A DNA stretch of 64,000 bases from Methanocaldococcus sp. 16A (GTDB lineage: Archaea > AGJL01 > Methanococci > Methanococcales > Methanocaldococcaceae). Under the pieces are notes generated by a model that ran no database searches, was not told where the DNA came from, and saw nothing but the letters and a program-made list of their open reading frames with translations. Made by a program: the position numbers and the translations under genes. This document shows, one piece after another, positions 1 through 10,146 of this stretch; within the stretch, counting starts at the first letter, position 1, and the number at the start of each line of letters is the position of its first letter. The DNA lies in assembly GCA_049860595.1 (NCBI GenBank), contig CP187551.1. One strand, 5' to 3'.

Positions 1-2
1 CT

Positions 3-1412
3 TCTTTTTTATATTATATTTGTAAAATTAGTCTAAATTGGACATATAAAATAATCTTCCCACTTCTTGCATCTTTTCTACCAATTGGGCTATATTCCAT
101 ATACTCAAAACATCTAAGTAAAAAATCAGCATTTTTAGCATCTTATCTGTTTATAATTATTCAGCCATTTTATATACTTATCCCATTCCTAACAAAACAA
201 CTAACTGCTGAAATATTTTTACTACTAATTTTGATGTTATTTTCTTCTAAATTGTATAAATCCAAAAAAATAATATTATTTGTTATTTTTGCCATGTCTT
301 TAATTGTATCACATTATGGAACATCATATTTAGTTATGTTCATGTTTTTATTTACCGTAGTATTTCTAAAAATATTTGAAGCTATGAAAAAAGAAGAAAT
401 GAAAAATCAGATTTCTAATGGGATAGTTGCATTCACATTAATTTATGTAGTATTCACTTTGGGATGGTATATTTATATTTCAAACTCAGTATCTTTTGCT
501 TCATTAGTGGGTATTGGAAAAACAATAGCACATACAATATTTACCGAATTTTTGAATCCCGAGTATTCAAGAGGTGCCTATACTTTAACAAAACAGTTGC
601 CTTTATTGGGTCAGTTGTTAAAATATATGTATCTAATCATTTCAGGTTTAATATTTGTAGGTTATTTAAAAACATTGTTTGATATATTAAAATCAAAATC
701 AAACTTTAGCCCAATTTATTTGGCTTTTTCTACATACTGGATAGGTATTCTTGGAGCAGCTGTAGCTGTTCCATTTTTTGCGGTTATGAACCCATACCGA
801 TTATATCATTTAGCATTTTTTACCTTGGCACCATTTAGTATTGTAGGTACTATTTTTGTATTTAATTTAATTAAAAAAATTAGAATAATAACTATTAATT
901 ATAATGAGGTATTAAAAATTTTAACAGTATTTTTTGTTATTTTCATGCTTTTAAATACAGAATTTATTAGTGAAATAGTAAAACAACCGCCGTATTCGAG
1001 ATACTTAAGTGAAAATACCATACTGAATCAAAAACAAATTAACATCAATGAAACTGGAAAACTTTACAGTGGTATTATGACAACATATGATGTACTTGGG
1101 GCTAAATGGATTTCAGAACATGGTAAAAAGAATAACTTTATATATTCTGGCTCATGGGCTTTTGGTAATGCTCCATTACATGCGTATGGTGGAATACCAT
1201 TATATAGAGTCAAAGATATAACCCTAACACCCGTAAATGGAAGTTATATATTTTTTATGGAACTGTTAGTAAAATATAAGATTTGGTATTATAATGACCC
1301 ATTAGCTGCTAAATGTTTAATATATTATAATGCAACATCTTACTATAATATTTTAATTAAAAAATACAACAAAATCTACGATAATGGAGGATGTCAAATA
1401 TTATTATCCTAA
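3..1412 (+). CDS. DUF2206-type polytopic membrane protein (GT-C/Wzy-like), 5' truncated by window edge
   Basis: Frame is open from base 3 (WTYKIIFPLLASFLPIGLY...) through the listed ORF. SHYGTSY, RLYH and C-terminal NKIYDNG motifs, many TM segments. Confidence 0.75.
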   Translation, partial: SFLYYICKISLNWTYKIIFPLLASFLPIGLYSIYSKHLSKKSAFLASYLFIIIQPFYILIPFLTKQLTAEIFLLLILMLFSSKLYKSKKIILFVIFAMSLIVSHYGTSYLVMFMFLFTVVFLKIFEAMKKEEMKNQISNGIVAFTLIYVVFTLGWYIYISNSVSFASLVGIGKTIAHTIFTEFLNPEYSRGAYTLTKQLPLLGQLLKYMYLIISGLIFVGYLKTLFDILKSKSNFSPIYLAFSTYWIGILGAAVAVPFFAVMNPYRLYHLAFFTLAPFSIVGTIFVFNLIKKIRIITINYNEVLKILTVFFVIFMLLNTEFISEIVKQPPYSRYLSENTILNQKQININETGKLYSGIMTTYDVLGAKWISEHGKKNNFIYSGSWAFGNAPLHAYGGIPLYRVKDITLTPVNGSYIFFMELLVKYKIWYYNDPLAAKCLIYYNATSYYNILIKKYNKIYDNGGCQILLS

Positions 1413-2470
1413 ACTCCTTTTCCATATTTTCCTCGAATTCCATCCCAAATTCCTTTATAGAAATATTTTAATAAATAAGGTTTTTTCTGTAAAAACACAA
1501 AATTAATTAATCTTCGAGAGTGTTTATAGGTTAAAAACCATATTAAAAACAACAAATACTTTACAAGATTATTATGTTTTTTTACATATAAAATTCTATT
1601 TCTATGTCCATAATAAATAGAAGTTGGAGAAAACTCACCGCCTGAGCTTATAGAAACTTTATGCCATAAAATAGATTTAGTAGCACAAACTAATTTATAA
1701 CCTAAATTTTTACATCTAATGGATAAGTCAGTATCTTCATAATAGCAAAAATAATTCTCATCAAAACCATCCAATACTTTTAAAACATTATTTCGAATCA
1801 ACATTGAACATCCTGTAATATAACCGCATTCAACAATATCATTATATTTTTTATAATCTATTTTTTTAAAATAATAATGCCAAACCCTTCCAGTTTTTAA
1901 ATCAACTCCTCCCCCACCTAGTCCCCAAATCACATCACTTCTGCCATTATAATCATAATAATAAATCTTACTTCCAACTATCCCAATCTTTTCATCACTT
2001 TCAGCAACTTTAACCATTTCAATTAAAAAATTCTTATCTACAACAGTATCATTATTTAACAACAAAACATAATCAGGATTTAAAACATTTAATGCAAATT
2101 TAATGCCTATGTTATTACCTCCAGCAAAACCATAGTTATCTTTATTTTTTATTAGAATCATTCTTTTATTTGGTTCTAATGTTTCATATTTTTCTTTATC
2201 TAAAAATTTATTGGTTCTTGCTTCATCTTCCGAAAGTTCAAAAACTTTTATAGGTTTATTTTCTTTAGAATATTTAAAGAACTTTGAATTTACTTCTATT
2301 TTTCCATTACAATATTCTTTTATCTTTTCAATAGATTCATCCTTAGAATCATTATCTACAACTATTACATCATAATTTGGATAATTAATTCTGTAAAGGG
2401 ATTCTAAACATTCTATTGTATCTCTCCAACCATTCCAATTTAAAATTATTATTGATACTCTTGGAAACAT
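1409..2470 (-). CDS. GT2 family glycosyltransferase (WbbL/rhamnosyltransferase-like)
   Basis: IIILNWNG, VVDNDS, NYGFAGGNN, LLNNDT, GFDENYFCYYEDTDL. Confidence 0.9.
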   Translation of the reverse strand: MFPRVSIIILNWNGWRDTIECLESLYRINYPNYDVIVVDNDSKDESIEKIKEYCNGKIEVNSKFFKYSKENKPIKVFELSEDEARTNKFLDKEKYETLEPNKRMILIKNKDNYGFAGGNNIGIKFALNVLNPDYVLLLNNDTVVDKNFLIEMVKVAESDEKIGIVGSKIYYYDYNGRSDVIWGLGGGGVDLKTGRVWHYYFKKIDYKKYNDIVECGYITGCSMLIRNNVLKVLDGFDENYFCYYEDTDLSIRCKNLGYKLVCATKSILWHKVSISSGGEFSPTSIYYGHRNRILYVKKHNNLVKYLLFLIWFLTYKHSRRLINFVFLQKKPYLLKYFYKGIWDGIRGKYGKGV

Positions 2471-2535
2471 TTAAATACACCCGAAACTTTTAAATTAATG
2501 TATAGTTCCTTTACATTTATATTTATATTAAGTAT

Positions 2536-2780
2536 ATGAGACTATCTATAATTCTCACTTTGCTAAAGACATAAACAGGAGGAGGTAGACAGATTTCAAA
2601 ATTAGATATAGATCTCTAAAAGATTTACAATGAAGCTGATTATGAAAAATGTTTTTTAGATTTATCTCATGTTAACATTTAGGTGTTCTTTACCCAAATA
2701 AATATTAAGCTAATTCCAATATAAGACTTTTGAGGTATGCAAATACTTGTTGAGGAATATATTTGAAAAAACTATGCTTA
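2536..2780 (+). pseudogene. Probable decayed N-terminus of a GT4 glycosyltransferase
   Basis: ATG 2536 reads MRLSIILTLLKT*TGGGRQISKL, later DYEKCFLDL in another frame. Resembles the GT4 start (…GG.ERQ…) with stops and frameshifts. Confidence 0.35.
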
Positions 2781-2812
2781 CAATATAGAAAACTTAACTA
2801 ATTGGTGATTAA

Positions 2813-4159
2813 ATGAGAATATTACAAGTTGTTCATGGATTTCCTCCAAAGCAGAGGGCCGGAACAGAAATGTATACTTATTATCTATCAAAAGAATTAG
2901 CTAAAAAACATGAAGTTCATGTTTTTTATCCCACGCGGGATAAAGGTAAAAAATCAATTACAATACATTCCTTTGAAAGAGAAAAATTACACTTACATGA
3001 GTTAGTTATACCTAATGATTTTATATGGAAGATAAAGAGGTTCTGGGATTTGTTATTAATTAAAAATACTTATATAAACAAAAGTGTTGAAGGGATATTC
3101 AGAACCCTTTTGAGAAGGATAAAGCCAGACATAATCCATTTTGAGCATTTAATTGGGTTATCTACCACTTTAATAAATATTGCTAAAGAAGAATTTAACA
3201 TTCCAATTGTCCTTACACTACATGATTATTGGTTTATGTGCCCAAATATTCAATTAATTACATATGAACATATAATCTGTAAAGAGCCAGATCCAAGCAA
3301 ATGTCGTGAGTGTTGGGTTAAAAATCGGGCAAAAGATATTTCCAAAGCATTAGGAGTGTATTATATTCCAAAATCTTTAACAGAAAGACCATTAGAGATA
3401 GTTTTGAAGATATTCAATCATCCAGAAAAATTTGAAAAAAGAAACAAATATCTCAAGTCTTTGCTTTTAAAGGCGGATAAAATTATATCCCCTTCTAAAT
3501 TTTTGAGAGAAACATTCATTAGATATGGAATCTCAGAAGATAAGATAATATACTCTGAAAATGGATATAACTTAGAAGTTTTTAAGGGATTTAAGAAAAA
3601 AAAGAATAGTACTAATAAAATTATTTTTGGGTTTGCTGGAAATGTTATTCCAATTAAAGGGGTTCATGTTTTAGTGGATGCATTTTTAAAAGTGCCAGAA
3701 GAAAAAGCAGAACTGAGAATATATGGATATTACAATCCTAAGTCGGAATATGTGAAAAAAATTTTAACAAAAGCAAAAAGAAAGAAAAACATAAAATTTA
3801 TGGGAAGGTTTGAAGATATAAAAGAGCCATATTCGGGGATTGATGTTCTTATATTTCCCTCTATATGGTACGAAAACTGTCCTTTAGTTTTGGCAGAAGC
3901 ACGAGCTACTAAAACACCAGTTATAGCATCTAACTTAGGAGCAATTCCAGAATTTGTAAAACATGGAAAAACAGGTTTATTATTCGAACCAAATAATCCA
4001 GAAGATTTGTATGAAAAAATTATGCAAATTATTCAAAATCCTAAACTGATAGAAAAGTTTAAAGCAAACATAAAACTACCAAGAAGTATTGAAGAGCAAG
4101 CCAAAGAAATCGAAGAGATATATAAATCACTTATGAGGTGTTATCATGAAAACCGATAA
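2813..4159 (+). CDS. GT4 family glycosyltransferase with Cys-rich insert
   Basis: MRILQVVHGFPP..AGTE, LTLHDYWFMCP, PSIWYENCPLVLAEA; GGTGAT RBS. Confidence 0.92.
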   Translation: MRILQVVHGFPPKQRAGTEMYTYYLSKELAKKHEVHVFYPTRDKGKKSITIHSFEREKLHLHELVIPNDFIWKIKRFWDLLLIKNTYINKSVEGIFRTLLRRIKPDIIHFEHLIGLSTTLINIAKEEFNIPIVLTLHDYWFMCPNIQLITYEHIICKEPDPSKCRECWVKNRAKDISKALGVYYIPKSLTERPLEIVLKIFNHPEKFEKRNKYLKSLLLKADKIISPSKFLRETFIRYGISEDKIIYSENGYNLEVFKGFKKKKNSTNKIIFGFAGNVIPIKGVHVLVDAFLKVPEEKAELRIYGYYNPKSEYVKKILTKAKRKKNIKFMGRFEDIKEPYSGIDVLIFPSIWYENCPLVLAEARATKTPVIASNLGAIPEFVKHGKTGLLFEPNNPEDLYEKIMQIIQNPKLIEKFKANIKLPRSIEEQAKEIEEIYKSLMRCYHENR

Positions 4160-5087
4160 ATTTCAAACTGCTCTTAAGAAATATTTTGATAAATATAAAA
4201 CTCATCCCAGATATGAATTTTGGATTAAAGATCACCTATGGAAAGTAGGCATTCCCAATTCTGAGGTGCTAGATTATATTTATAATATTGTAGAATATAT
4301 TCATAAAAACTACCTATCCTCTTTTAAAAAAAATGAGATTAAAATCTTAGATCTTGGTTGTGGTATGGGTGAGTTTGCAGTATTCTTATCCTTATCAGGC
4401 TATTATGTTGTTGGAGTTGACATGGATAAAGAACAACTAAAAATAGCAAAAATTCTTAAAGAAGAAAATAAAGCTAAAGTTGAGTTTATTAATACTGATG
4501 CAACGAAATTACCATTCAAAGATGAAGAATTCGATATTATTATCTGTTTTGATGTTTTTGAGCATGTAGATGATTTGCAACCCATATGTAACGAAATGTG
4601 GAGGATATTAAAGAACGATGGAGTAATTTTTCTCAGATTTCCAAACAAATTAAAAGGCTATGAAGATCATGTCGGTCTACCTTTACTTCCTTTACTCCCG
4701 GAAAGAATCTTTCAATTTGTTTTTAGAAAAATAATAAAAAGTCGAAAATATTACCAAGAGGGTCTATATGTCTATTATAGAAGATTCTCAGAAGTTTATC
4801 AAGTATTAACGGCTGCAAATTTTCACATTTCTCAGCTACCCGAACATTTAATGTTTCCTCGATTACCTAGAATGTACAAACGATTGATTCGAAATAACGT
4901 TCAATACATACCAATAATCTCACCATATTTTCATTTTTTGCTTACAAAGAAACCTGTTGATAGTTCATTACAAAATCTAGATATAAGGAAAATAAAATTA
5001 TTCGAGTTCATATGGTGGTTCTTCGTTTTGATCATTTCCATTGCTAGTGTTTTTAAAAATACAATATCCAAAAAGAACAGGAGGTAA
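4146..5087 (+). CDS. Class I SAM-dependent methyltransferase (possible glycan O-methyltransferase)
   Basis: ILDLGCGMG, DATKLPF, FDIIICFDVFEHV; overlaps the GT4 gene. Confidence 0.85.
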   Translation: MKTDKFQTALKKYFDKYKTHPRYEFWIKDHLWKVGIPNSEVLDYIYNIVEYIHKNYLSSFKKNEIKILDLGCGMGEFAVFLSLSGYYVVGVDMDKEQLKIAKILKEENKAKVEFINTDATKLPFKDEEFDIIICFDVFEHVDDLQPICNEMWRILKNDGVIFLRFPNKLKGYEDHVGLPLLPLLPERIFQFVFRKIIKSRKYYQEGLYVYYRRFSEVYQVLTAANFHISQLPEHLMFPRLPRMYKRLIRNNVQYIPIISPYFHFLLTKKPVDSSLQNLDIRKIKLFEFIWWFFVLIISIASVFKNTISKKNRR

Positions 5088-5091
5088 CAAA

Positions 5092-6681
5092 ATGTCACCA
5101 AAAGTTCTAGTTATTGGTTTAGATGGAGCAACATGGAATCTAATCAAACCTTGGACTGATAAAGGAGAATTACCAACATTTAAAAAACTAATGGAAAATG
5201 GAGTTTGGGGTAATTTGGAATCCACGATTCCGCCTTGGACTATTCCTGCCTGGGAATCCATGAGTACTGGAAAGAATCCAAAAAAACTGGGTTTTGCTAC
5301 ATTTATGGTGAAAGACGGCTACAAATTCGTCCCTCATAACTTCAAGCACAAACGACAAAAAATGATATGGGATATTCTATCTGACTCCAATTATAATGTT
5401 GTTGTAGCTAATTTGCCGAATATTTACGTAGCTCAAAAAATTAATGGATGCATGATTGCTGGATGGCTTTGCTTGGATAAGAATCGTATTACGTATCCTC
5501 CTAATCTAATCAATGAACTAAATGAGCATTGCAATGGATATGAAATTGATATTTTTGATGTTGATTTTGAGAATGGTCGAATAACTGATGGTCCTGGAGA
5601 TAATGAATACTTAAAACGCTGTGAAGAGTTATTAGAAAAACATTTTTTTGCCTTTACATACCTACTGAAGAAATATATGTGGGATTTTGGATTTATTGTG
5701 TTTGTAACCCCTGACAGAATTCAACATAAATACTGGAATAGTAATATTTTACTTGAACATTACAAGAAGATAGATTCAAAATTGAAAGAATTACTTGACA
5801 AAATAAATGATGAAACTATCATTTTTTTAGTTTCAGATCATGGATTCGGATGTGTTAAATACATACTTAACATAAATGAATTCCTTATAAAAGAGGGTTA
5901 TCTAAAATTAAAAAAACCACCAAAACAAATGTTATCTAGGCTATTCACCATTATAAAGGAGAGTACACTGCTGCCTATTGCAAAAGCTCTTGTTAATCGA
6001 CTGCCTCACACTATAGCCAAATACTTGAAGAAAAAAGCATCACCTATAAGCTTTGAAAAAATGGATATAGATTGGAGTTACACAAAAGCCTTTGCATATG
6101 GTGTTTTTGGAGATGTATATCTAAATGTTAAAGGAAGAGAACCAAATGGTATTGTAGATCCTGATGAATATGATAAAGTACGAGAAGAAATTATTGAAAA
6201 GATAAAAAACATAGAATATAAAGGGAAAAAACTAAACATACAAATTTTTAAAAAAGAAGAAGTTTATCCAAATGCTACTTTATGGGATAATCTTCCAGAT
6301 TTAGTAATAGTACCTACTGATGATGGCATACATGCAATAAATCCGAACATTGGAAGCGGTAAGATAATAACAGAATCAAACGGATCTAATGGAGATCACA
6401 GACTTTATGGTATCTTCCTTGCTTATGGCCCAGGAATTAAGAAGGGTTACAAAATAGAAAATGTTAAAGTTTATGATATAGCGCCAACAATCCTCCATAT
6501 CTTCAGCTTACCAATCCCAAATGATATGGACGGAAAAGTGTTAACGAATATATTTGAAAAAGACTCGGAATTTGCAAAGAAAGAGATTAAATATGTGGAT
6601 ACAAGTTATTACGAGAAAAAACAAGAAGATGAAAAACTCAAAAAAGCTATTAAAAACCTAAGGCTCAAAGGAAAAATCTAA
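5092..6681 (+). CDS. Alkaline phosphatase superfamily / type I phosphodiesterase-nucleotide pyrophosphatase family protein
   Basis: IGLDGA, STIPPWTIPAW (Thr nucleophile), DRIQH, SDHG, GDH. Start moved to ATG 5092, behind GGAGGT. Confidence 0.85.
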   Translation: MSPKVLVIGLDGATWNLIKPWTDKGELPTFKKLMENGVWGNLESTIPPWTIPAWESMSTGKNPKKLGFATFMVKDGYKFVPHNFKHKRQKMIWDILSDSNYNVVVANLPNIYVAQKINGCMIAGWLCLDKNRITYPPNLINELNEHCNGYEIDIFDVDFENGRITDGPGDNEYLKRCEELLEKHFFAFTYLLKKYMWDFGFIVFVTPDRIQHKYWNSNILLEHYKKIDSKLKELLDKINDETIIFLVSDHGFGCVKYILNINEFLIKEGYLKLKKPPKQMLSRLFTIIKESTLLPIAKALVNRLPHTIAKYLKKKASPISFEKMDIDWSYTKAFAYGVFGDVYLNVKGREPNGIVDPDEYDKVREEIIEKIKNIEYKGKKLNIQIFKKEEVYPNATLWDNLPDLVIVPTDDGIHAINPNIGSGKIITESNGSNGDHRLYGIFLAYGPGIKKGYKIENVKVYDIAPTILHIFSLPIPNDMDGKVLTNIFEKDSEFAKKEIKYVDTSYYEKKQEDEKLKKAIKNLRLKGKI

Positions 6682-8087
6682 AACTTCTTGTCAAGTATTG
6701 TTCTCAATTTCTTCCTTTCATCTTCTTTAAGCATTTTATTTAACTTGTCCACGAATATTGATGTAACCTCCTTATCTGTTATTGGATGCTGTTCAAAAGG
6801 GTCTTTCTTGAGGTCAAAGAGCCACTGGACGCCATCATCTGGAGCGTAGAGGAGCTTGTACCTCCCCAGAATTAAGACCTTCTTCTCATACCCATAACCA
6901 GCCGCCTCGGAGAGCAAAGGCCTTTTCTTGTTATTAACCTCAAAAAGATTCTGTCCATCAAAAGTTAAATTATGAGAAACACCCAGCAGATCCAAAATTG
7001 TAGGCATAACATCAACGGAACTAACCCTGTTTTCAGTAAAATCACCTTTTTTCTTAATAGCTCCATCAAATAAAACCGGCACCTCAATAATCTCATTGAA
7101 AACATTATGCCCATGCCCCACACCGTAATAACCTCTAGGATCATAGAAATTATCAGCCTCAAGTTTTGCATGCTCCCAGAACTCCTCGCCATGATCCGAT
7201 GTAATCAAGAGAATTGTAGAATTCAACAAGCCAGAGTCTTCAAGAAATGCATAAAAACTCTCTATAGCGTAATCAACGTATCTAAGTGTATTGTTATAAA
7301 GCAACATTCTATTTCTTCTATATTTCTCAAATTCTTTTCCTTTTTGTTCTTCAGGCCTTCTGAAATCCCACCGCTCAATATTTGGAATATTCCCCACTTG
7401 TCCAAAGTAATTCCTAAACTTTTCTGGCGGTACTATGGGCTCATGAACATCTCCAAGGTGCAGATATACAAAGAAGGAGTTTTTTCTTTTTGATATCCAT
7501 TTTCTCAGGTCATTCAGTAGTTCTTCAGCGAGAGTATCTCCAAGATAGAACTTGGGGACAACCCTACTTTTCAAAGGGTAGCTTGCAACATCAATCGCTG
7601 TTCCAAAGTATATCTCATATCCAAGTGCAAAGAGTATTTCGGGCAGAGTCAGCACACTTTTCTTAATTGGCTTAAATGCTTTAAGAATATCTAAATTTTT
7701 TATCTTGCTGTGAATATAGGCGTTGTGGTTGTGGGGGTAAAGACCTGTTAAAATCGACGCTACTGAAGGATATGTCCATGGTGCAGCTGAAATTGCTCTA
7801 AACTTTGCCTTCAGAGAATCCATGAAGGGCGTTGTTTCTCTTTGATACCCAGTAAATGAGAGGTTGGAATAGCGGAGGCAGTCCACTGTTAGAATAATCA
7901 CATTCAAGTCGGGCTTATTTGAAGTGTCAATATACTCGTCAAAATTTATGTTTTTGATCCTCGAATAGAGATCCTTTTTAGCTTTTCTCCCTTGATACTG
8001 GTTGTAAACTCTAAGTGCAAGCCTTTTTGTGGTATCATTCCGTTTAACAATACTCTTGGCAATAGTGGTTATATACTTAAATACCAT
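6678..8087 (-). CDS. Sulfatase-like hydrolase/transferase (AlkP superfamily, Thr instead of formylglycine precursor)
   Basis: TVDCLR, APWTYPSVASILTG, DVHEP, SDHGEE, GHG, LFDLKKDPFE. Start at 8087, behind GGAGGG. Visibly GC-richer than the flanks. Confidence 0.85.
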   Translation of the reverse strand: MVFKYITTIAKSIVKRNDTTKRLALRVYNQYQGRKAKKDLYSRIKNINFDEYIDTSNKPDLNVIILTVDCLRYSNLSFTGYQRETTPFMDSLKAKFRAISAAPWTYPSVASILTGLYPHNHNAYIHSKIKNLDILKAFKPIKKSVLTLPEILFALGYEIYFGTAIDVASYPLKSRVVPKFYLGDTLAEELLNDLRKWISKRKNSFFVYLHLGDVHEPIVPPEKFRNYFGQVGNIPNIERWDFRRPEEQKGKEFEKYRRNRMLLYNNTLRYVDYAIESFYAFLEDSGLLNSTILLITSDHGEEFWEHAKLEADNFYDPRGYYGVGHGHNVFNEIIEVPVLFDGAIKKKGDFTENRVSSVDVMPTILDLLGVSHNLTFDGQNLFEVNNKKRPLLSEAAGYGYEKKVLILGRYKLLYAPDDGVQWLFDLKKDPFEQHPITDKEVTSIFVDKLNKMLKEDERKKLRTILDKKF

Positions 8088-8110
8088 AGCACTCCCTCCA
8101 TTTTTCCCTT

Positions 8111-9637
8111 TCAAACAAACTTCCTTAAAATTTTCTTTATTATCTTTAAATCAACCTCCAATTTCTTCTCTATCTCCAAAAACAGCTTAACGTCCTCTTT
8201 ATCAACACTTCTACTAAGCAAAACCAAGAAGAAGTAAACTCCCAAAAACACTGTAAGGACAGGAATTGCATACCATATGCTTGGTACTTTCAGGTGCAAG
8301 CTCTGAATTAGTCCCAATAGAACAAAACTTATTACCAAAGGCTTCACGTAATTCCAGCTGAAGGGATGAATTTTAGTCTCCTTATAGAGCTTTAGCGAGT
8401 TTAGAACATTTCCAACAAAGTAAGATATAGCGGTAGCTATTGCAGCTCCCTCCATACCATAAATCGGAATTAAGAAAGTATTTAGTATAACATTAAAGAC
8501 TGCAGAAACTAGACCTGATACCATAATAAATTTGCTTTTTCCGATCACAAGGAGACTCAGTCCGTTTAATCCTAAGAAAGTGTGAAACATAAAACCCATA
8601 GCCAAGATTTGAAGCGCTTTACATGCTTCCAAATACTTTTCTCCGAAGAAAAATCCAATTGTAGCCTCTGGGAAGAGAAACATTAAAATAAACAAAGGTA
8701 ATGTGACAAAAAATATCCACTTTGTTAATACTTGATAAACCCTACTCATTTCTTTAATTTTTCCCTGAGCATAGAGAGCTGTAGCTAAGGGAGGGTAGAT
8801 GAAACCAGCAGAATATAAAACTATAGGTAAAAGCTTTGCTAATGGAGCTGCAGCATTGTATAATCCAACAGCTTCTGAAGTTTTATAGTATCCAAGCATC
8901 AAAGTATCTGTCCATGTCATTATAAATCCAGCAATTCCTGTAAACATCAGAGGAATCGAAAATCTTATCAATTCTTTTCCTAATTTTAAATTGATAGAAT
9001 CAAGTTTAAACAATCCTCGTCTAAACACATTTATAACTAATGCAAAGAACGTAATAACTTGAGCTATTAAATATGCTACAAAAATGTAATAAAACTCTAC
9101 TTTCATAATAACTCCAATTCCTATAAAAGAAAACCATAGAAGTGGATACAATATATTCTGAAAATAAACTTTTTCCCTAACTCTTCCGAATCCTTGAGAA
9201 ATTGATATAAAAGTACCTGTTAAAGCCAAAAAAGGAAGTGCAAGCGATATTAACTTCAAAGCATAAGTCAATCGTTCTTCATTGAATATCTGAGCAAGAT
9301 AAGCAGACCCAAAAATCAGAAATGCTGTAAAAGCTAAACTTGTTAATAATATAATTATTAAAGCAGTTGATATTAAAGATCCTATTTTTGAAGGTTCTTT
9401 TTCCTTATAAAAAGCAATTTCCCTTGGAAGAGAATTTGGAAATCCAAGCGTAGCAATTATAATAGCTATATTGAGAATTGTCAAGGCTAAGTTATAAACT
9501 CCATATTCAGCAGTAGAAAAATACCTTGCTATAATTACCACGCTTAAAAACCCAAAGAACATTGAAATGATTGTCCCCACAAATACTATTCCAGCTCCTC
9601 TCGCAATTCCATGCAGAACTTTATTAACTTCACTCAA
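8111..9637 (-). CDS. Wzx/MATE-like oligosaccharide flippase
   Basis: IARYFSTAEYGVYNLA, WTDTLMLGYY, LIPIYGMEGAAIATA; multi-pass membrane protein. Confidence 0.9.
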   Translation of the reverse strand: MSEVNKVLHGIARGAGIVFVGTIISMFFGFLSVVIIARYFSTAEYGVYNLALTILNIAIIIATLGFPNSLPREIAFYKEKEPSKIGSLISTALIIILLTSLAFTAFLIFGSAYLAQIFNEERLTYALKLISLALPFLALTGTFISISQGFGRVREKVYFQNILYPLLWFSFIGIGVIMKVEFYYIFVAYLIAQVITFFALVINVFRRGLFKLDSINLKLGKELIRFSIPLMFTGIAGFIMTWTDTLMLGYYKTSEAVGLYNAAAPLAKLLPIVLYSAGFIYPPLATALYAQGKIKEMSRVYQVLTKWIFFVTLPLFILMFLFPEATIGFFFGEKYLEACKALQILAMGFMFHTFLGLNGLSLLVIGKSKFIMVSGLVSAVFNVILNTFLIPIYGMEGAAIATAISYFVGNVLNSLKLYKETKIHPFSWNYVKPLVISFVLLGLIQSLHLKVPSIWYAIPVLTVFLGVYFFLVLLSRSVDKEDVKLFLEIEKKLEVDLKIIKKILRKFV

Positions 9638-9701
9638 TATTTCCCAACCTCTTAATAATTTTAACTAAAAATTAAGTATCCAATTTATAAATACTTTATC
9701 C

Positions 9702-10081
9702 GAGTGTGTCTAAAATCGAGTAATATTTATATATTAATATAATAACGAAATAAAAAAATATGGTAGCAAAAAGATGGGATACGAGAATATATGATATAAA
9801 CGAGATATTGGAGGTTTTTGATGACGTTATGGGGAGTATAAAATTACCTAAGGAATTAAAGCCAAGAAAATATTGTATCGAACTACTACTTAAAGTTTCT
9901 GTTATTAAGGAGTTTTTAGGAGTATCGTTAAGAGCTATGGAAATCTTGACAGAGGTGTTTTTTGGAGCTAAAATTGACCATTCAGTAATCTATTACTGGG
10001 AAAAGAAACTAAATAACTATATTATATCGATAGTAAATCAAATTCTTAGGAAACTATGGAGTTTCTATCTTAGACATACTC
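9702..10081 (+). mobile_element. Internally deleted IS element (MITE-like, 380 bp)
   Basis: Left end GAGTGTGTCTAAAATCGA vs reverse complement of right end GAGTATGTCTAAGATAGA (15/18). Flanked by a TCC direct repeat (9699-9701, 10082-10084). Confidence 0.85.
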
Positions 10082-10113
10082 TCCGTAAAAAATATATACC
10101 TAATGCAATTTAA
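9760..10113 (+). pseudogene. Truncated transposase, N-terminal HTH region only (IS5/IS4-like)
   Basis: GVSLRAME...IDHSVIYYWEKKL HTH-like segment, no DDE domain. The ORF runs through the right TIR. Confidence 0.7.
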
Positions 10114-10146
10114 TTAAATATCATTAAATATAATTAAGGTGAAAAG

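Noticed and set aside
1409-6681. Shared CTAA stop overlaps at two convergent junctions as inversion sites
   Set aside because: Only 4-5 nt are shared. Overlapping stops are common in compact genomes (also mvk/cbiO), and no recombinase is nearby.
6678-8087. True formylglycine arylsulfatase
   Set aside because: Has Thr and lacks C/SxPxR; no maturase nearby.
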